A DNA stretch of 64,000 bases from an uncultured Planctomycetaceae bacterium. Lineage in GTDB: Bacteria > Planctomycetota > Planctomycetia > Planctomycetales > Planctomycetaceae. The DNA is taken from contig CAXBME010000013.1 in NCBI GenBank assembly GCA_963976765.1, positions 62,001 to 126,000 on the forward strand. Reading direction: 5' to 3'. Shown here piece by piece: positions 11,001 through 21,100 of this stretch. Under the pieces are notes generated by a model. That model was not told the origin of the DNA. It saw only the letters and a program-made list of their open reading frames with translations, and ran no database searches. Position 1 is the stretch's first letter; every line of letters begins with the position of its first letter. Made by a program: the position numbers and the translations under genes.

Positions 11001-12889
11001 ATCGGTGTCGATGGGAACCCTCGTAAACCGCCACCGCCGGACAGGTACGATCGCCGCGACCGACCACCCATGAGGCCATCGCGACCGTACGAGTAAATCC
11101 ACTCCAGCTCACCTTGAGAGGCATCGACCGCAACGATGATCTCTGCGTCCGGCTGACAGATTACCAATCCATCAGCGAATGCCGGCAGCGCCATCGGGAG
11201 GTCTCGCGAACGCTGTGTCGCATCAAAACTTGGCTGCTGCACGAGCCCGATTTTCTGAACCCAGATGACCTGTCCGGTCGCTGCTTCGAGCTTTACCAGA
11301 TTCAGTTCTCGATCGCGTCGCGACTCTGTAATCACAAACAGAGCGTCGTCGATGGGGCGAGGGGCGCCCAGAAAAAGCTGGTCTGCCAGTCCACCAGAAT
11401 CAGCAGGGCCGCCCACCGACCAGGCGGGTTCAATCACCGGCACGGGTGAGTTTTCAGAACCGGAGTTAGCCGCGGACTCAGCAGGGAGCTCCAGGCAAAC
11501 CAGACGGTTCGAAGCACGGATTGAAGGCGGGCCTCCCGGAACGGCCACTTCCTCGAACTTCAGCCAGTCAATCGCGAAGACCCGCCTGGCGTCGGTCGTC
11601 ACGATGCCTTGCGTAGAATTTTCAGTCCACGCTGTTTCGATCAGCGACACGGCTCGACCTGGATTGGCATTTCGCAGCTCATTAAAGAATCGTTCCACAG
11701 AGAGCGTCGCGTTGAAACGCCAAAGGAGTTGACCGGTTTTCGGGTCGCAACTTCGCAGCCCCTGCAGGTCACGAACGATCAACTGTCCCTGCGTGATGAT
11801 CGGAAACACGGCGACGGCAGTCTCGGCCAGTTCATTGTAGGAACGCTCAGTTTCCCAGGTGGCGAGCTGATCAAACGGTCGACTTCCGTAAAGCGGTTTC
11901 GTCCAGACGGGAGCGAGGTATGGAACAGAACCTTTGCTCGATCCATTGTTCGAGGGACTGCCGAACGGGTCGCTTTCCGGTGCGGCCATCGCCTTGCTGG
12001 CATACTGCGGATGATTCTTCGCAACAGCTTCGACGGACTGGATCGAAAATCGCACATTGCCGAAAACTTCTTCGGCGTCAACGATGACTTTACGAGCCTG
12101 CGCGTCATCACCAACCAGAAACAGTGCGGTCGCTGCCTTTTCGAACAGCCGAGGGTGGAGGCGGTTTCGATGAACGTTTGCCTGAATGATTCTCAACCAG
12201 AGGTTTGCGGCCAGTGCCGCCTCGCCACGATCGAGTAACCGCGTGGCGGCTTCATCAGTTGCCTGCGCTCCGGCCAGTGTTGGAAAGCAACGCCTGGCGA
12301 CTTCGAGGTACGCTGTCGACCGGCCCGACTCCCGCGCAGCCTGGAGCGCGCTGTTTGCCGTTTCCGAATATTTCTTTTCGTAAAAGCTCAACTGTTCTGG
12401 AGTGAGCGACTCGAAAATCTGCAATGCTTCGTGACGGACACTGTGGAGTTGTCCGTTCTCCAGAAAGAAGCTGTCCGAAGGGGCTCGCTCCCAATCCTGT
12501 GGCGGTGCGAGTAATTGTTGCGGATCACCCAGAAGAGTCTGCAACGCGTCGAACGCCTGACTGAGCTTTTCCTCCTGGAGATACTGTCGAGCGCGTTCCA
12601 GCAGAACCATCGCACGGCGTTCGTGATAGACGACGTCCCGGAGCGCGATGATTTCATTGGTCGACAGAACAGGTTTGGCGCGTTTGGCTTCGGCACCTGC
12701 ATTGAGCGCAACTTTGGCCTGGCCTCTGATCGCCGGTTTATTCTGAGCGATCAGGTGTTGTGGCATTGCAGCGAGCAGTCCGACAGCGGACACGATCGGC
12801 AACATCATCCGTTGACAGGGTGTCGAGCAGAGCGCACGCATCAGTGCTCCTCGGTTTTTCTGGTAGCGATCGTGACGTTGCGATTTCAT
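8060..12889 (-). CDS. Large secreted multi-beta-propeller (PQQ-like) / TPR-like scaffold protein
   Basis: 1609 aa ORF; N-terminal hydrophobic signal; repeated D/ExxTGxxxW blade motifs alternating with helical TPR-like segments. Confidence 0.75.
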   Translation of the reverse strand: MKSQRHDRYQKNRGALMRALCSTPCQRMMLPIVSAVGLLAAMPQHLIAQNKPAIRGQAKVALNAGAEAKRAKPVLSTNEIIALRDVVYHERRAMVLLERARQYLQEEKLSQAFDALQTLLGDPQQLLAPPQDWERAPSDSFFLENGQLHSVRHEALQIFESLTPEQLSFYEKKYSETANSALQAARESGRSTAYLEVARRCFPTLAGAQATDEAATRLLDRGEAALAANLWLRIIQANVHRNRLHPRLFEKAATALFLVGDDAQARKVIVDAEEVFGNVRFSIQSVEAVAKNHPQYASKAMAAPESDPFGSPSNNGSSKGSVPYLAPVWTKPLYGSRPFDQLATWETERSYNELAETAVAVFPIITQGQLIVRDLQGLRSCDPKTGQLLWRFNATLSVERFFNELRNANPGRAVSLIETAWTENSTQGIVTTDARRVFAIDWLKFEEVAVPGGPPSIRASNRLVCLELPAESAANSGSENSPVPVIEPAWSVGGPADSGGLADQLFLGAPRPIDDALFVITESRRDRELNLVKLEAATGQVIWVQKIGLVQQPSFDATQRSRDLPMALPAFADGLVICQPDAEIIVAVDASQGELEWIYSYGRDGLMGGRSRRSYLSGGGGLRGFPSTPIIHRESVLCLPQHSDEVHRLDLKTGQRLWKVAREEDAYLAAATDQTVVCVQKDGMRGLSLADGSVVWTARTGIPSGRGVRIDEHYILPLKSGGIARVDLDSGRWTTSLIVPELSKQRYLRSRRTDHSRLISIREHNLSLFGLDDERVPDEVRPGNLLFHDGLMFSVGPQHLTAFSEAQALLDELLQKAEKGESVDELFVAQLEISSTQEDAAADRLTKLIGTAQTASESAKQNFQTVDRARWLLRELIIRRLNQRETDLTAAQRQSMVEQLAELSKLPQEQGYALIEQAHWQAENDSSLSAVRFARQAIDTGLDSFIPMKRSEDSLVSADAYARELVRQSLQTSTFPARAQLQDLIEQDRQVALSLNTIESLDGFLKLYAATAEAGRVRNRLADRLIQAGRVQEAELLILQNRSHPETEVRAVADALLISLWSQLRLSSEAGNALYRFEKEFSSADLGAVTEDRLDTVLSALRTGDGTERTPTGNHGRSLTGADFVRLYSGDDSARQIFADLHPLKWNVQRVSVRQRGFGTSNPLTSNLWKNFSRRVIYGQLSEFDLVHDASSMQSQWRIFDRLAGTERGSIAIPNRVTLPGLQSYRSIGHLMPVGTGAGMLAVSLIESQDGRFENQNGPPFWQIAFPPLEYGQELIEPGPSTPSVCVFQTRKHLFGIEPSTGRVLWRRSDLDLASGVKVDREAGLFGDENVLVMFHADQSRYTLFSTQTGEIIRKDQLNVDFRYPHHVVGRKLFHVTLETNTSRKRIRIWDPLADEMLLDEELADRFYSAWSTEDELALMSTDTRLRVFSADASRMIVDLELTRDQTRYMSSLRVFSDDENVYVNIQRSEVSGDSDKIYSLASDSVVPVDHVHRGLLIAASRKTGKLLWTTPVQQRSFIRTDRCSLPFLVGISRVSPKRSSSTRSLEIRVIDRETGEDYVDSAPMIQDKIVHYQIDRDAGELQLHGLTSRIDLGFSRLRMRIPLQEQPL

Positions 12890-13025
12890 GGCAGGCCGCC
12901 ACGAGCTTCAAGCCTGAGACTATACCAGACCGGTCCTGTCGCCAGGAGACTGACCATGACCGACATTCGCACGCGCTGATGGCGGCAGCGCTTCAGTCTG
13001 TTAATCCGATCGGGCTATTGGTTGA

Positions 13026-14192
13026 TCAATCGCTGGAAGATCGAATCAGTACGTCGGGTCTGTGGATCGATACGCCTTTGACATCCACTTTAACCTGCGG
13101 CCAGTTCTCCATCGGTGTCAGAACGTCGAACCCTTTTTCACCAATAAGGATTGTGTCGATCGACGTCGCCTGCTCAATCGATGATTGCCAGAAAACCGGC
13201 ATCCCGGCTGAAAGTTTGAACTGACTTTTCGGGACGATGGGTGCTTCGCAGAGTTCATAACCAGTCACACACCCCTGGTCGGCGAAGTGCCACTCTTCCG
13301 AGTGACCGAACTTCTCGTAGATCCGCTCGACTCGGTTCCAGGTCTCAAAAATCTCCCACTGGTCCTGTGAAAAGAACATTCCGGTTGCCTGAACCAGCAG
13401 AGTGTCGAGGTGAGCTTTGCGGAACTCCTTTGACGGCTTGCCGAAGCTGACTGTTCGAGCGGCGCCGACGTGCAGGCCTTCACGTCTTCCGATGACGGCG
13501 ATCGTGCACAGGCTTTCGACCTGATCGTCACCGAATCCCCAGTGGCGGTAACGCTGTCCCTGACCGTCTGCGAGGATCTGAATTCGCTCCGGAATAATCT
13601 TCTGGCGATAGAGCCGGTGGACGAGTTGTCCTGCGATCTCAGCTTCAGAATCACCCTGCCGAAACGATCGGGCCGTCGCCTCGACGGCGTGAGCGACCTG
13701 GCTACCCGTCACGCGGATTGACTTCCGTTCGGTTTTGCTGAGCGGCAGACGCATCCCGCTGAGATGCGGAGCAACATCCTGACACCGTTCAAACGGAAAA
13801 TCACACGCGACGTTGCGACCGCGGCAGAGGTCGCCCATCAGCAGTTGCAGGTCTTCCTGCCAGCTTCTTTCTTTGAGCTGAAATCCCAGCCCGTTGACTT
13901 CACGGTCGAACAGCTGACCGGAGTCTGTGTTTCGGGTCAGAACAACGCGAGCTTCCGGCGAAACAAATAGAGCGGCCGTGGTGTCCGAAAGGCTTCCCCG
14001 CGTGCAGCTGCCGCCAACGGTCGCCCAGGAAAAGTTACTCGGTCGAGTCAGCAGCAGGCCATCGAACGACTGCTCTTTCAGGAACTGAGAGAGCAGGTCG
14101 TGGCGTCGCAGGATTTCAGCACCACGGTCTGGATCAATGATCTGGATTTCTCCAGAAGACATAGAACCAGGAAGAAGTGACGCAATCGACAT
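13026..14192 (-). CDS. M24 (Xaa-Pro aminopeptidase/creatinase-fold) family protein, active site apparently degenerate
   Basis: Creatinase-N-like LLLTRPSNFSW, SEAEIAG, ARTVSFG, FDVLT; start set to ATG 14192. Confidence 0.7.
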   Translation of the reverse strand: MSIASLLPGSMSSGEIQIIDPDRGAEILRRHDLLSQFLKEQSFDGLLLTRPSNFSWATVGGSCTRGSLSDTTAALFVSPEARVVLTRNTDSGQLFDREVNGLGFQLKERSWQEDLQLLMGDLCRGRNVACDFPFERCQDVAPHLSGMRLPLSKTERKSIRVTGSQVAHAVEATARSFRQGDSEAEIAGQLVHRLYRQKIIPERIQILADGQGQRYRHWGFGDDQVESLCTIAVIGRREGLHVGAARTVSFGKPSKEFRKAHLDTLLVQATGMFFSQDQWEIFETWNRVERIYEKFGHSEEWHFADQGCVTGYELCEAPIVPKSQFKLSAGMPVFWQSSIEQATSIDTILIGEKGFDVLTPMENWPQVKVDVKGVSIHRPDVLIRSSSD

Positions 14193-14373
14193 CGACGCTT
14201 GCCTCAAGACTTGGTGAGGACGGGAAATCAGCAATTCCCATAGACACTCGAACGTGCAGAATAGCAGCCCGGAGCCGGATTGAAACAGGATTCTCGTGGC
14301 CGCAGACTGTTGCCTCACCAGAATTCGGCTGCCAAAACCGAATCTGATGACAGACCCGAACTCCTCGCGAGTA

Positions 14374-16515
14374 TTACTTCCTCGCGAGGATCTCCTTCAC
14401 TTTCTCAGCCGCCTGGGCTCGTGCTTTCTCCATCACACTTTCGAGAGTGACAGGAGCTCCGGCCTGACGTTTGCTTTCGTCGGCGGCTTCCATGAACGCG
14501 TAGATCTCCAGAGTCTCTTTGGCTGTGACAGGCACTTCACGAGTCCTGAAGAACTTCACAATCTCGACGACCAGCGGGCGGTAACCGTCGTACTTGCCGA
14601 CCGGAACAATTCCCTTTTCGCCGAAGGCTGTGCCGCCGTAGCCGCTGCTGCCAGACCGAATGCCTCGGAATGTTCCGAGCCGACCATCGTTCCAGGTTCC
14701 GGTGACCAGCTCAAAGTCTTTCGAACTGGCGCGAGTGACCGATTCGCAACCCGTGCCCATCACGGTGAACAGCATTTCGACACCGTGGATTCCGTACCAG
14801 AAAAGGTCGGGATGAGTCTTCTCCAACGAGCATGGCGAATACGTGCTGCATCCAAGAATCTTCCCCGCTGAACCGGCCCGTAACGCTTGCGGTCCATCAG
14901 AAAACCGCAGCGACGAAGAACAGAACAGCGGCGTTTTGAAATGTTTCCCCAGCTCAAACATCGCAACCGCGTCAGTCAGTGACCCAGCTATTGGTTTATC
15001 AACAAAGACCGGCAGCCCAGCTTTCAATGCCGGAATGATCTGTTCGAGATGAGGCCGTCCGTCGTTGGTTTCGAGCAGAATCGCGTCGGCCTGGCCGACG
15101 AGTTCGTCCAGATCGTCCACGATGCGAACGCCCAGTTTCCTGATCTCTTCCGTGTATTTCGGAACTCGCGACGTGCTCGATTCAATGTCCGGACTGCCTT
15201 TCGGATAAACCGCCACGACGCGGAATCCGGCGATGTCGGCAGCCGCCTTCGGATCGTTCAGCAACTTTGTAAAGGCCAGGCAGTGAGAAGTGTCCAGCCC
15301 GATCATGCCGATGCGTACTGTCTTTCTTTCGGGCACGTCGGCAGCTTCTGCTTTCGTCTCGTTTCTGTCGTCAGGCTTTGCCTCTTCGGTGTCGTTTCCG
15401 GCAGTTTTCACGAGGAGTGATTTTGCCAGAGCGGCCAGATTACCAACTCCCGCGACGACGGTTTCCGCTCCGCCAGAACTGCCGGTCAGAGCATCGCTTT
15501 CCCACACTTTCGCAGTTCCGTCACGACTGGCTGACGCGATCAACTTTCCATCGCGAGAAACGGCAACATCAAACACCGGCCCCTTGTGCGAATCGATCGA
15601 GCTTACGATCTCGCCTGATGACATTTCCCAGAGGTGAATCTCGTTCTTGCCGACGGCTCGTCCGCCGCTGACTGAAACAATTTGTTTGCCTGAGGGGAAA
15701 AAGCGAACCTTGTTGGTGGGCCGCGAATGTCCGTCGTATTCCCGGATAAGTTTGCCGGACTCCGCCGAGTAGATCCTGACGATCTCATCGAGTCCTGTGG
15801 AAGCGATCAGTTTTCCGTCCGGCGAGAAACCAACGCCAGTTGCGGCGCGGTCGTGTTTTTCGAACTCGTGGACAACGTCCCCATTTGATGCGTCAAGCAG
15901 CCGCACATGTCCCGGTCGAGTCGGACGCGTATCGTCTCCCGAAGCGACGGCGAGCTGGCTTCCGTCCGGCGAAAAGGCGACGCCGGTGATCGGGTCTTCC
16001 TTCTCCTGAAACAGCACTCGCGACGTTCCATCAGAAAGGTTCCACAACCGCAGCGTCGCGTCTTCGCTGGACGTGGCCAGCGTTCTTCCGTCTGGGGACA
16101 CCGACAGATCGGTGACGTAGGCGCGATGCCCGCTGAGTTCCTGCTTGACATCCCACGACGAAGCATCCAGCACCGTGATTGTCCGAAAGCCGCCCGCAAA
16201 CAATTGCTTGCCGTTGGGCGAGAATGCGAGACTGCGAACGCGGCCAAGCTTGTGCTTCACGACGTGAATCGGCTTTGACGATTCGATTTTCGAAACCTGA
16301 ATCTCATCGTAAGTCCCCGTGACGACGTACTCGCCGTCAGGACTGATTGCGACGGCCGCCACCCATTCCTCAAACGGGCCCAAGGTTGCCTTGGGTTCTG
16401 CGACCGGATTAGCCGAAGCCTGTCCGGAGAGTTGGGCGGTTGCAGGAACACTCGCAGCCAGTAAGACGCAGGCAACGAAAAAGACATCGGACAATCGGTG
16501 TCGAAGAGCGGGCAT
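14374..16515 (-). CDS. Secreted WD40-repeat + Gfo/Idh/MocA oxidoreductase fusion
   Basis: About 7 WD40 repeats (GH...SPDG...LWN/VWE) followed by IGMIGLDTSH, VFVDKP, SSSLRF, WYGIHGVE; start set to ATG 16515. Confidence 0.85.
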   Translation of the reverse strand: MPALRHRLSDVFFVACVLLAASVPATAQLSGQASANPVAEPKATLGPFEEWVAAVAISPDGEYVVTGTYDEIQVSKIESSKPIHVVKHKLGRVRSLAFSPNGKQLFAGGFRTITVLDASSWDVKQELSGHRAYVTDLSVSPDGRTLATSSEDATLRLWNLSDGTSRVLFQEKEDPITGVAFSPDGSQLAVASGDDTRPTRPGHVRLLDASNGDVVHEFEKHDRAATGVGFSPDGKLIASTGLDEIVRIYSAESGKLIREYDGHSRPTNKVRFFPSGKQIVSVSGGRAVGKNEIHLWEMSSGEIVSSIDSHKGPVFDVAVSRDGKLIASASRDGTAKVWESDALTGSSGGAETVVAGVGNLAALAKSLLVKTAGNDTEEAKPDDRNETKAEAADVPERKTVRIGMIGLDTSHCLAFTKLLNDPKAAADIAGFRVVAVYPKGSPDIESSTSRVPKYTEEIRKLGVRIVDDLDELVGQADAILLETNDGRPHLEQIIPALKAGLPVFVDKPIAGSLTDAVAMFELGKHFKTPLFCSSSLRFSDGPQALRAGSAGKILGCSTYSPCSLEKTHPDLFWYGIHGVEMLFTVMGTGCESVTRASSKDFELVTGTWNDGRLGTFRGIRSGSSGYGGTAFGEKGIVPVGKYDGYRPLVVEIVKFFRTREVPVTAKETLEIYAFMEAADESKRQAGAPVTLESVMEKARAQAAEKVKEILARK

Positions 16516-16708
16516 TGCGGAAGTCTCCGATTCGAGGAGCAGGCCTTCAAGATGCGGCCTGCGTGAACGACGCATCGTGACAGAGCGGGCGTGAAATTTC
16601 ACGTTCAGCGAGAAGCGTTGCCGTGGAAAGTCAGGCTACGTCTGAAAAAATCGTCGCGGCGTCGAACCGGCCAATCATATTTCGAAACTCCGTCAGGCTG
16701 AGTCGGAC

Positions 16709-18250
16709 CTATTGTTTGCCGCCATGTTCGACTGACATCGCCTTCTGCTGCGAACGCGATTCAACCGGCGGACCGTCGGCCATGCCCTGAGTCCAGTAGC
16801 GGAGATTCGCCAGATTCTGCTCGCCCTTCGCAAAGTAGACGTCCGGAAGTTGCTCGAAGTGACGCTGGAAGGCCACTTTCGCTTTCGGCTCCCAATCAGT
16901 TTGTGGATGGACCAGTGAAATCTTCTGAAGCGTCTCGACCAGCTTCATCGCGATCATTTGATGACCATCGAACGAAGGGTGAACATGATCGACCAGCATC
17001 GAGCTGCCGAGGATTCCGTGTCGAGTTTTCTGTTCGAGCAAACGATGCGCATCAAGCAGCGGTATGTTGTTTCTCACGGCGACGCGGTCCAGCGATTGTT
17101 CCATCGGCGTGAGTATTCTCAACGGGCAGATATCGTGCTCTCGCGCGAGGATAAACTCGCGGCGAGCCGCCTTGTAGTTGCCCAGCAGTTCCTGCAGTCG
17201 CCCCAGTTCGAAGTGCGTGTCCGCGAAGGCGTCGTCGATCGCGATCGCTTCTTCGAATAATTCGACGGCCGCGGCCGGGAACGTCTTCAGACTGGTTTGC
17301 GCCGTATCAATTAACGCTTGCCATTTCGCCTGTTCCTGAGTCGTGATGTTCGAACGGTGTTCCGATTTGAATGGCGGACTGTCTGCCAGATTTGATGGCG
17401 GGCGGACGAGAATGATCGGCACGTCGCGCTGCTGAGCCAGACTGACCATTCGGTCGAGATTGCTTTCGAAGTGCGCAACCACCCCTCGTCGCCAGTCTTC
17501 ATCGCGATGGTACGCGGCGATTCCGTTTTTGTAATCAAGGAATGCGTCGACGTCCGAACCGAGCACGTCTCGACGGCTTTTGTCGCTTGCCGAATCCGAC
17601 AGCACCATTTGTCGGGTGAGCCGAAAACTTCGAAAATGCGAGAGGCCATGAAACGCGCCGGTGACCAGTGGCGAGACCTCGCGTAACTGGCTGTACGAGC
17701 GATCTTCCAGAAACTCGTTGTGCCCGGTGCAGATGATGAATGCGTCCGGTTGATAGTTCAGGCACTCCTGCAGAATCGGCACCAGTCGATAACTCGCGTA
17801 CGAAATGCCGCCGCAGTTGATCACTTCCCAGCTCTGATCCGGATCGGCCTGCGCCAGGGCAAGTTCCAGCCAGGTCGTAAAGGACGTCTCTTTGGCGAAG
17901 GGTCTCCCCTGCACCGTCGAACCGCCCAGGCAGAAGATTCTTCGAGTACCGACTGGTTTAGAAGCCGCGAACTCTTCGGGGCGAAAGAACTTCAATCGAG
18001 ATTTCGCTGTGATGAATTGATCGCCGTCCGTGTTCCTTTCGAACAGCGGTTGCAGATTGTTGAACCCGACAAACGGATCATCTTCGAGGCGATTTTCTCC
18101 AACACCGAACAGACAACAGACAAGTTCGACGACGACGAACAGAGAGAGCCCGCAGAGAATCGACAGACAGCGCAACAACCAGACTCGACCAGTGGTTCGA
18201 CGCGGCGGCGCAGCGGCGAGCGCCTCGTTCAACGGACTCAGCGGAGTCAT
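16709..18250 (-). CDS. Membrane-anchored SGNH/GDSL hydrolase with TPR insert
   Basis: N-terminal TM helix, CLGGSTVQG block I, GHNE block III, DHVHP block V, TPR-like AIAIDDAFADTHFELG. Confidence 0.8.
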   Translation of the reverse strand: MTPLSPLNEALAAAPPRRTTGRVWLLRCLSILCGLSLFVVVELVCCLFGVGENRLEDDPFVGFNNLQPLFERNTDGDQFITAKSRLKFFRPEEFAASKPVGTRRIFCLGGSTVQGRPFAKETSFTTWLELALAQADPDQSWEVINCGGISYASYRLVPILQECLNYQPDAFIICTGHNEFLEDRSYSQLREVSPLVTGAFHGLSHFRSFRLTRQMVLSDSASDKSRRDVLGSDVDAFLDYKNGIAAYHRDEDWRRGVVAHFESNLDRMVSLAQQRDVPIILVRPPSNLADSPPFKSEHRSNITTQEQAKWQALIDTAQTSLKTFPAAAVELFEEAIAIDDAFADTHFELGRLQELLGNYKAARREFILAREHDICPLRILTPMEQSLDRVAVRNNIPLLDAHRLLEQKTRHGILGSSMLVDHVHPSFDGHQMIAMKLVETLQKISLVHPQTDWEPKAKVAFQRHFEQLPDVYFAKGEQNLANLRYWTQGMADGPPVESRSQQKAMSVEHGGKQ

Positions 18251-19830
18251 TACTCAGTCACTCGAATAATGCGACGACCGGAGTACGTCCTGCCGAAGAC
18301 ATTCGACGCACGGACTTCGATCAAATGACTGCCCGGTTTCAAATCAGCCGGCAGTGTTGCTTCCCAAAGATGCGATGAACTGCCCGGGGATGGAAGTTTC
18401 AACCACGGTTTCTCAGTGACTGCCAGTTCGTAATCGTAAACACGTTTGTAGGTCGGATCTGGCCGTGACGTTGGCGTCATTTTCGCCCAGTCGCCGGAGC
18501 CGACCCGTATTTCGATATTTGAAGACGGCGTCGCGTTGAAAACGTTAGCGGTGACAATCGTTTCGGCGGCGTCGGCAGCGGCAACGACTTCCGGAGCGTC
18601 AAGCTGCATCTGATAGTCGGCCGGACGTCCGGCCGCTTTATAGTCGAGTCGGTACTCCGTACCGTCGAACGAAATGATCGAGTAACCGTTCGGTGTCCCA
18701 TCTTTACAGATCGTGTGCGGAATGCCTCGTTCGTCCGGCGTGCCCGACCACCAGCTTCCACTGACCGTTACATTGACGACGTGATGATGAGGTTCCGGCC
18801 CCATCCATCCATCTTCCCGGGAAATCATTCGATGCTGGTGGTAATGCGTGTGCCCGGAAACGGACATGCAGAACGGACGCTGTTCGATCAGCCGGTAAAG
18901 TCCGTGTCGATCGTGAACGTCGTTCAGCGGGATGTGCATCAGCAGGACGACGAGCTGATCTTCCGGAATCATGGCGAGGTCGTTTTTGACGAATTCGATC
19001 TGCTTACTGCCGAAGCCACCGCGGTACTGTCCTTTTGACTTGCCTTCCGCAACGTACCATTCGATATCGTCCAGCACGATGAAATGCACCGGGCCATGAT
19101 CGAACGAGTAGTACGTTGGGCCGAAGTGGCGTTCGAACGTTTCGTCGCTGATTGAGTCGTTCGGAGCGTCGTAGTTAATATCGTGATTGCCGACGACGTT
19201 GTACCAGGGGATTCCCAGCAGCGCGATTGATCGAGCCTGAGCTTCAAATAGCGACAGATCGTCGAAAAGAATGTCTCCAAGCGTGACGCCAAACGAAGCG
19301 TCCGTCCCGACCAGTTCTTCAATGACGTCGTGAGCGATGTAGTCAATCTCTTTCTGATTTCGTGGCTGCGGATCGCCGAAAAGAATCGCTTTGAACTGCT
19401 CGGGCTCGTCCTGCGGGTAAAGAGCGAAGTCGACGGATTCCGGCAGATCGCCCGTGGGAGCCACTCCCTGAAACTTCAGTGGCGGCGAACCTTTCGGCTT
19501 GTGGATGTAGTAGAACCGCGGAATCTGATGCTCGCTGACTGGCGTTCGCCAGCCGGTCGGCTTGATGACGAATATGATTGAGTCATCGTCGACGCCGATC
19601 TCGTATTTTCCATCAGCGTCGGTTTTAACGATGTCGACTCCGTTGGAGACTCGAACGCCCGCGAGGCCTTTCTCACCAGCGTCCCGGCTGCCGTTGCCGT
19701 TGGCGTCGTGAAAGACGACTCCGCGAGCGGGCATCAATTCGTCGGCGGCGTCACGAGACGTCGATACCGCGACAAAAGCAGCCGACGAGATTGTCACGAC
19801 GGTTACCAGGCAAATGAGTGTCTGTCGCAT
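18250..19830 (-). CDS. Secreted calcineurin-like metallophosphoesterase (MetallophosN/C architecture)
   Basis: FGDPQ, LGDI, GNHD, MHIP, GHTH motifs; N-terminal GVVFHDANGNG. Confidence 0.9.
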   Translation of the reverse strand: MRQTLICLVTVVTISSAAFVAVSTSRDAADELMPARGVVFHDANGNGSRDAGEKGLAGVRVSNGVDIVKTDADGKYEIGVDDDSIIFVIKPTGWRTPVSEHQIPRFYYIHKPKGSPPLKFQGVAPTGDLPESVDFALYPQDEPEQFKAILFGDPQPRNQKEIDYIAHDVIEELVGTDASFGVTLGDILFDDLSLFEAQARSIALLGIPWYNVVGNHDINYDAPNDSISDETFERHFGPTYYSFDHGPVHFIVLDDIEWYVAEGKSKGQYRGGFGSKQIEFVKNDLAMIPEDQLVVLLMHIPLNDVHDRHGLYRLIEQRPFCMSVSGHTHYHQHRMISREDGWMGPEPHHHVVNVTVSGSWWSGTPDERGIPHTICKDGTPNGYSIISFDGTEYRLDYKAAGRPADYQMQLDAPEVVAAADAAETIVTANVFNATPSSNIEIRVGSGDWAKMTPTSRPDPTYKRVYDYELAVTEKPWLKLPSPGSSSHLWEATLPADLKPGSHLIEVRASNVFGRTYSGRRIIRVTE

Positions 19831-19899
19831 TTCTTATTGTTCCAGGTTCTGAGTTCCAGGTGGAATGTTGGCTGTTCAATTTGGAATGTTCGATGTTCA

Positions 19900-20985
19900 T
19901 TACCAGCGTTCGATCGGGCCGGATGGAACGGGAATGTGCATGTCGGGCAGCAATCCTGTTCGATTTCCACCGACCGGTCCAGCTTCAACGATGATTGCCA
20001 GAGCCGCGTTAAACTCGTTGACCGTCTTTGCCTGCTGAAAGTGATGCCGCAGCGCCGGTCGGACCCGCATCGACTTGAGATACCAGTGGCTCATTTTGCG
20101 GAATCGAACAATGGCCCCGTCCTCGCCCCACTGCTCCTGCATGTAAGAAAACTGCCGCAGCAGCAGTTCCAGTCGATCGTTGAAACTTCCCGGCGGCGAC
20201 CACTCGCCGGTTTCTTCCCATTGATTCAACTGTTTGAAGATCCAGGGATTCGCCAGCGCTCCGCGACCGATGGACACTCCGTCGCAGCCGGTTTCACTCA
20301 ACATGCGAGCGGCATCGGCGACCGTCCGCACATCACCGTTGCCGATAACGGGGATCGACTCCGTTGCCTCGGCGACTTTGCGAATGCCACTCAGATCGAC
20401 GCACCCACTGAAACCCTGTTCGCGAGTTCGGCCATGAATCGCGATGGCGACAACGCCGATTTTTTCAAACTCGCGAGCGAACGTTGGCGCCGTCAACTGC
20501 GTGCTGTCCCACCCGAGTCGCATCTTCACGCTGATCGGAATCTTGACCGCCTCTACGATCTTCTGCACGAGCGTAATGGTGCCATCGGCGTTGCACATCA
20601 TGCCGGCGCCGGAGCCTCCACCGGCAATTTTTGCGACCGGGCAACCCATGTTAATGTCGATCGTGTCGATGCCTTGCTCTTCGAGGTACTGAGCGGCGTC
20701 GACCATCGTTGCTGCATCGCGTCCGAAAATCTGAACCGCAAACGGTCGATCTTCAGGATGCGTCTCGATCATCTTCAGCGTCTTGGGATTCGCGTGAAGA
20801 ATGGCGTCGGCGCTGACGAGGTCCGTCGTCGCCAGCCCGATGCCGCCAATCTGTCGTACGATGCGTCGAAACGAAAGGTTCGTGTAACCGGCCAGCGGCG
20901 ACAGGTGATAACGTGACGTGAGCCGCAGCGTGCCATAAGAAATCGGCGGCGGAAATTTAGGACGTGGATGTGAAAACTGCGGCAT
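19900..20985 (-). CDS. dusB: tRNA-dihydrouridine synthase DusB
   Basis: LSPLAGYT, DINMGCP, VKMRLGWD, HGRTREQ, GNGDV, IGRGALANPWIF. Confidence 0.92.
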   Translation of the reverse strand: MPQFSHPRPKFPPPISYGTLRLTSRYHLSPLAGYTNLSFRRIVRQIGGIGLATTDLVSADAILHANPKTLKMIETHPEDRPFAVQIFGRDAATMVDAAQYLEEQGIDTIDINMGCPVAKIAGGGSGAGMMCNADGTITLVQKIVEAVKIPISVKMRLGWDSTQLTAPTFAREFEKIGVVAIAIHGRTREQGFSGCVDLSGIRKVAEATESIPVIGNGDVRTVADAARMLSETGCDGVSIGRGALANPWIFKQLNQWEETGEWSPPGSFNDRLELLLRQFSYMQEQWGEDGAIVRFRKMSHWYLKSMRVRPALRHHFQQAKTVNEFNAALAIIVEAGPVGGNRTGLLPDMHIPVPSGPIERW

Positions 20986-21022
20986 GAGAAGTTTTTACCG
21001 TTGAGGTCGCAGTGGCGGAAAT

Positions 21023-21080
21023 CGCAGAGTTTGCAAGGAGAACTCTCCTGATTCTCTGCGAGTCCTCGGCGAACTCTGCG
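21023..21080. repeat. Periodic palindromic intergenic element (CGCAGAG type)
   Basis: CGCAGAGTT ... AACTCTGCG inverted repeat with internal CTCTGCG/CTCGGCG units 9-11 nt apart. Confidence 0.6.
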
Positions 21081-21100
21081 TTCCCTTTTATTTTGAAATA

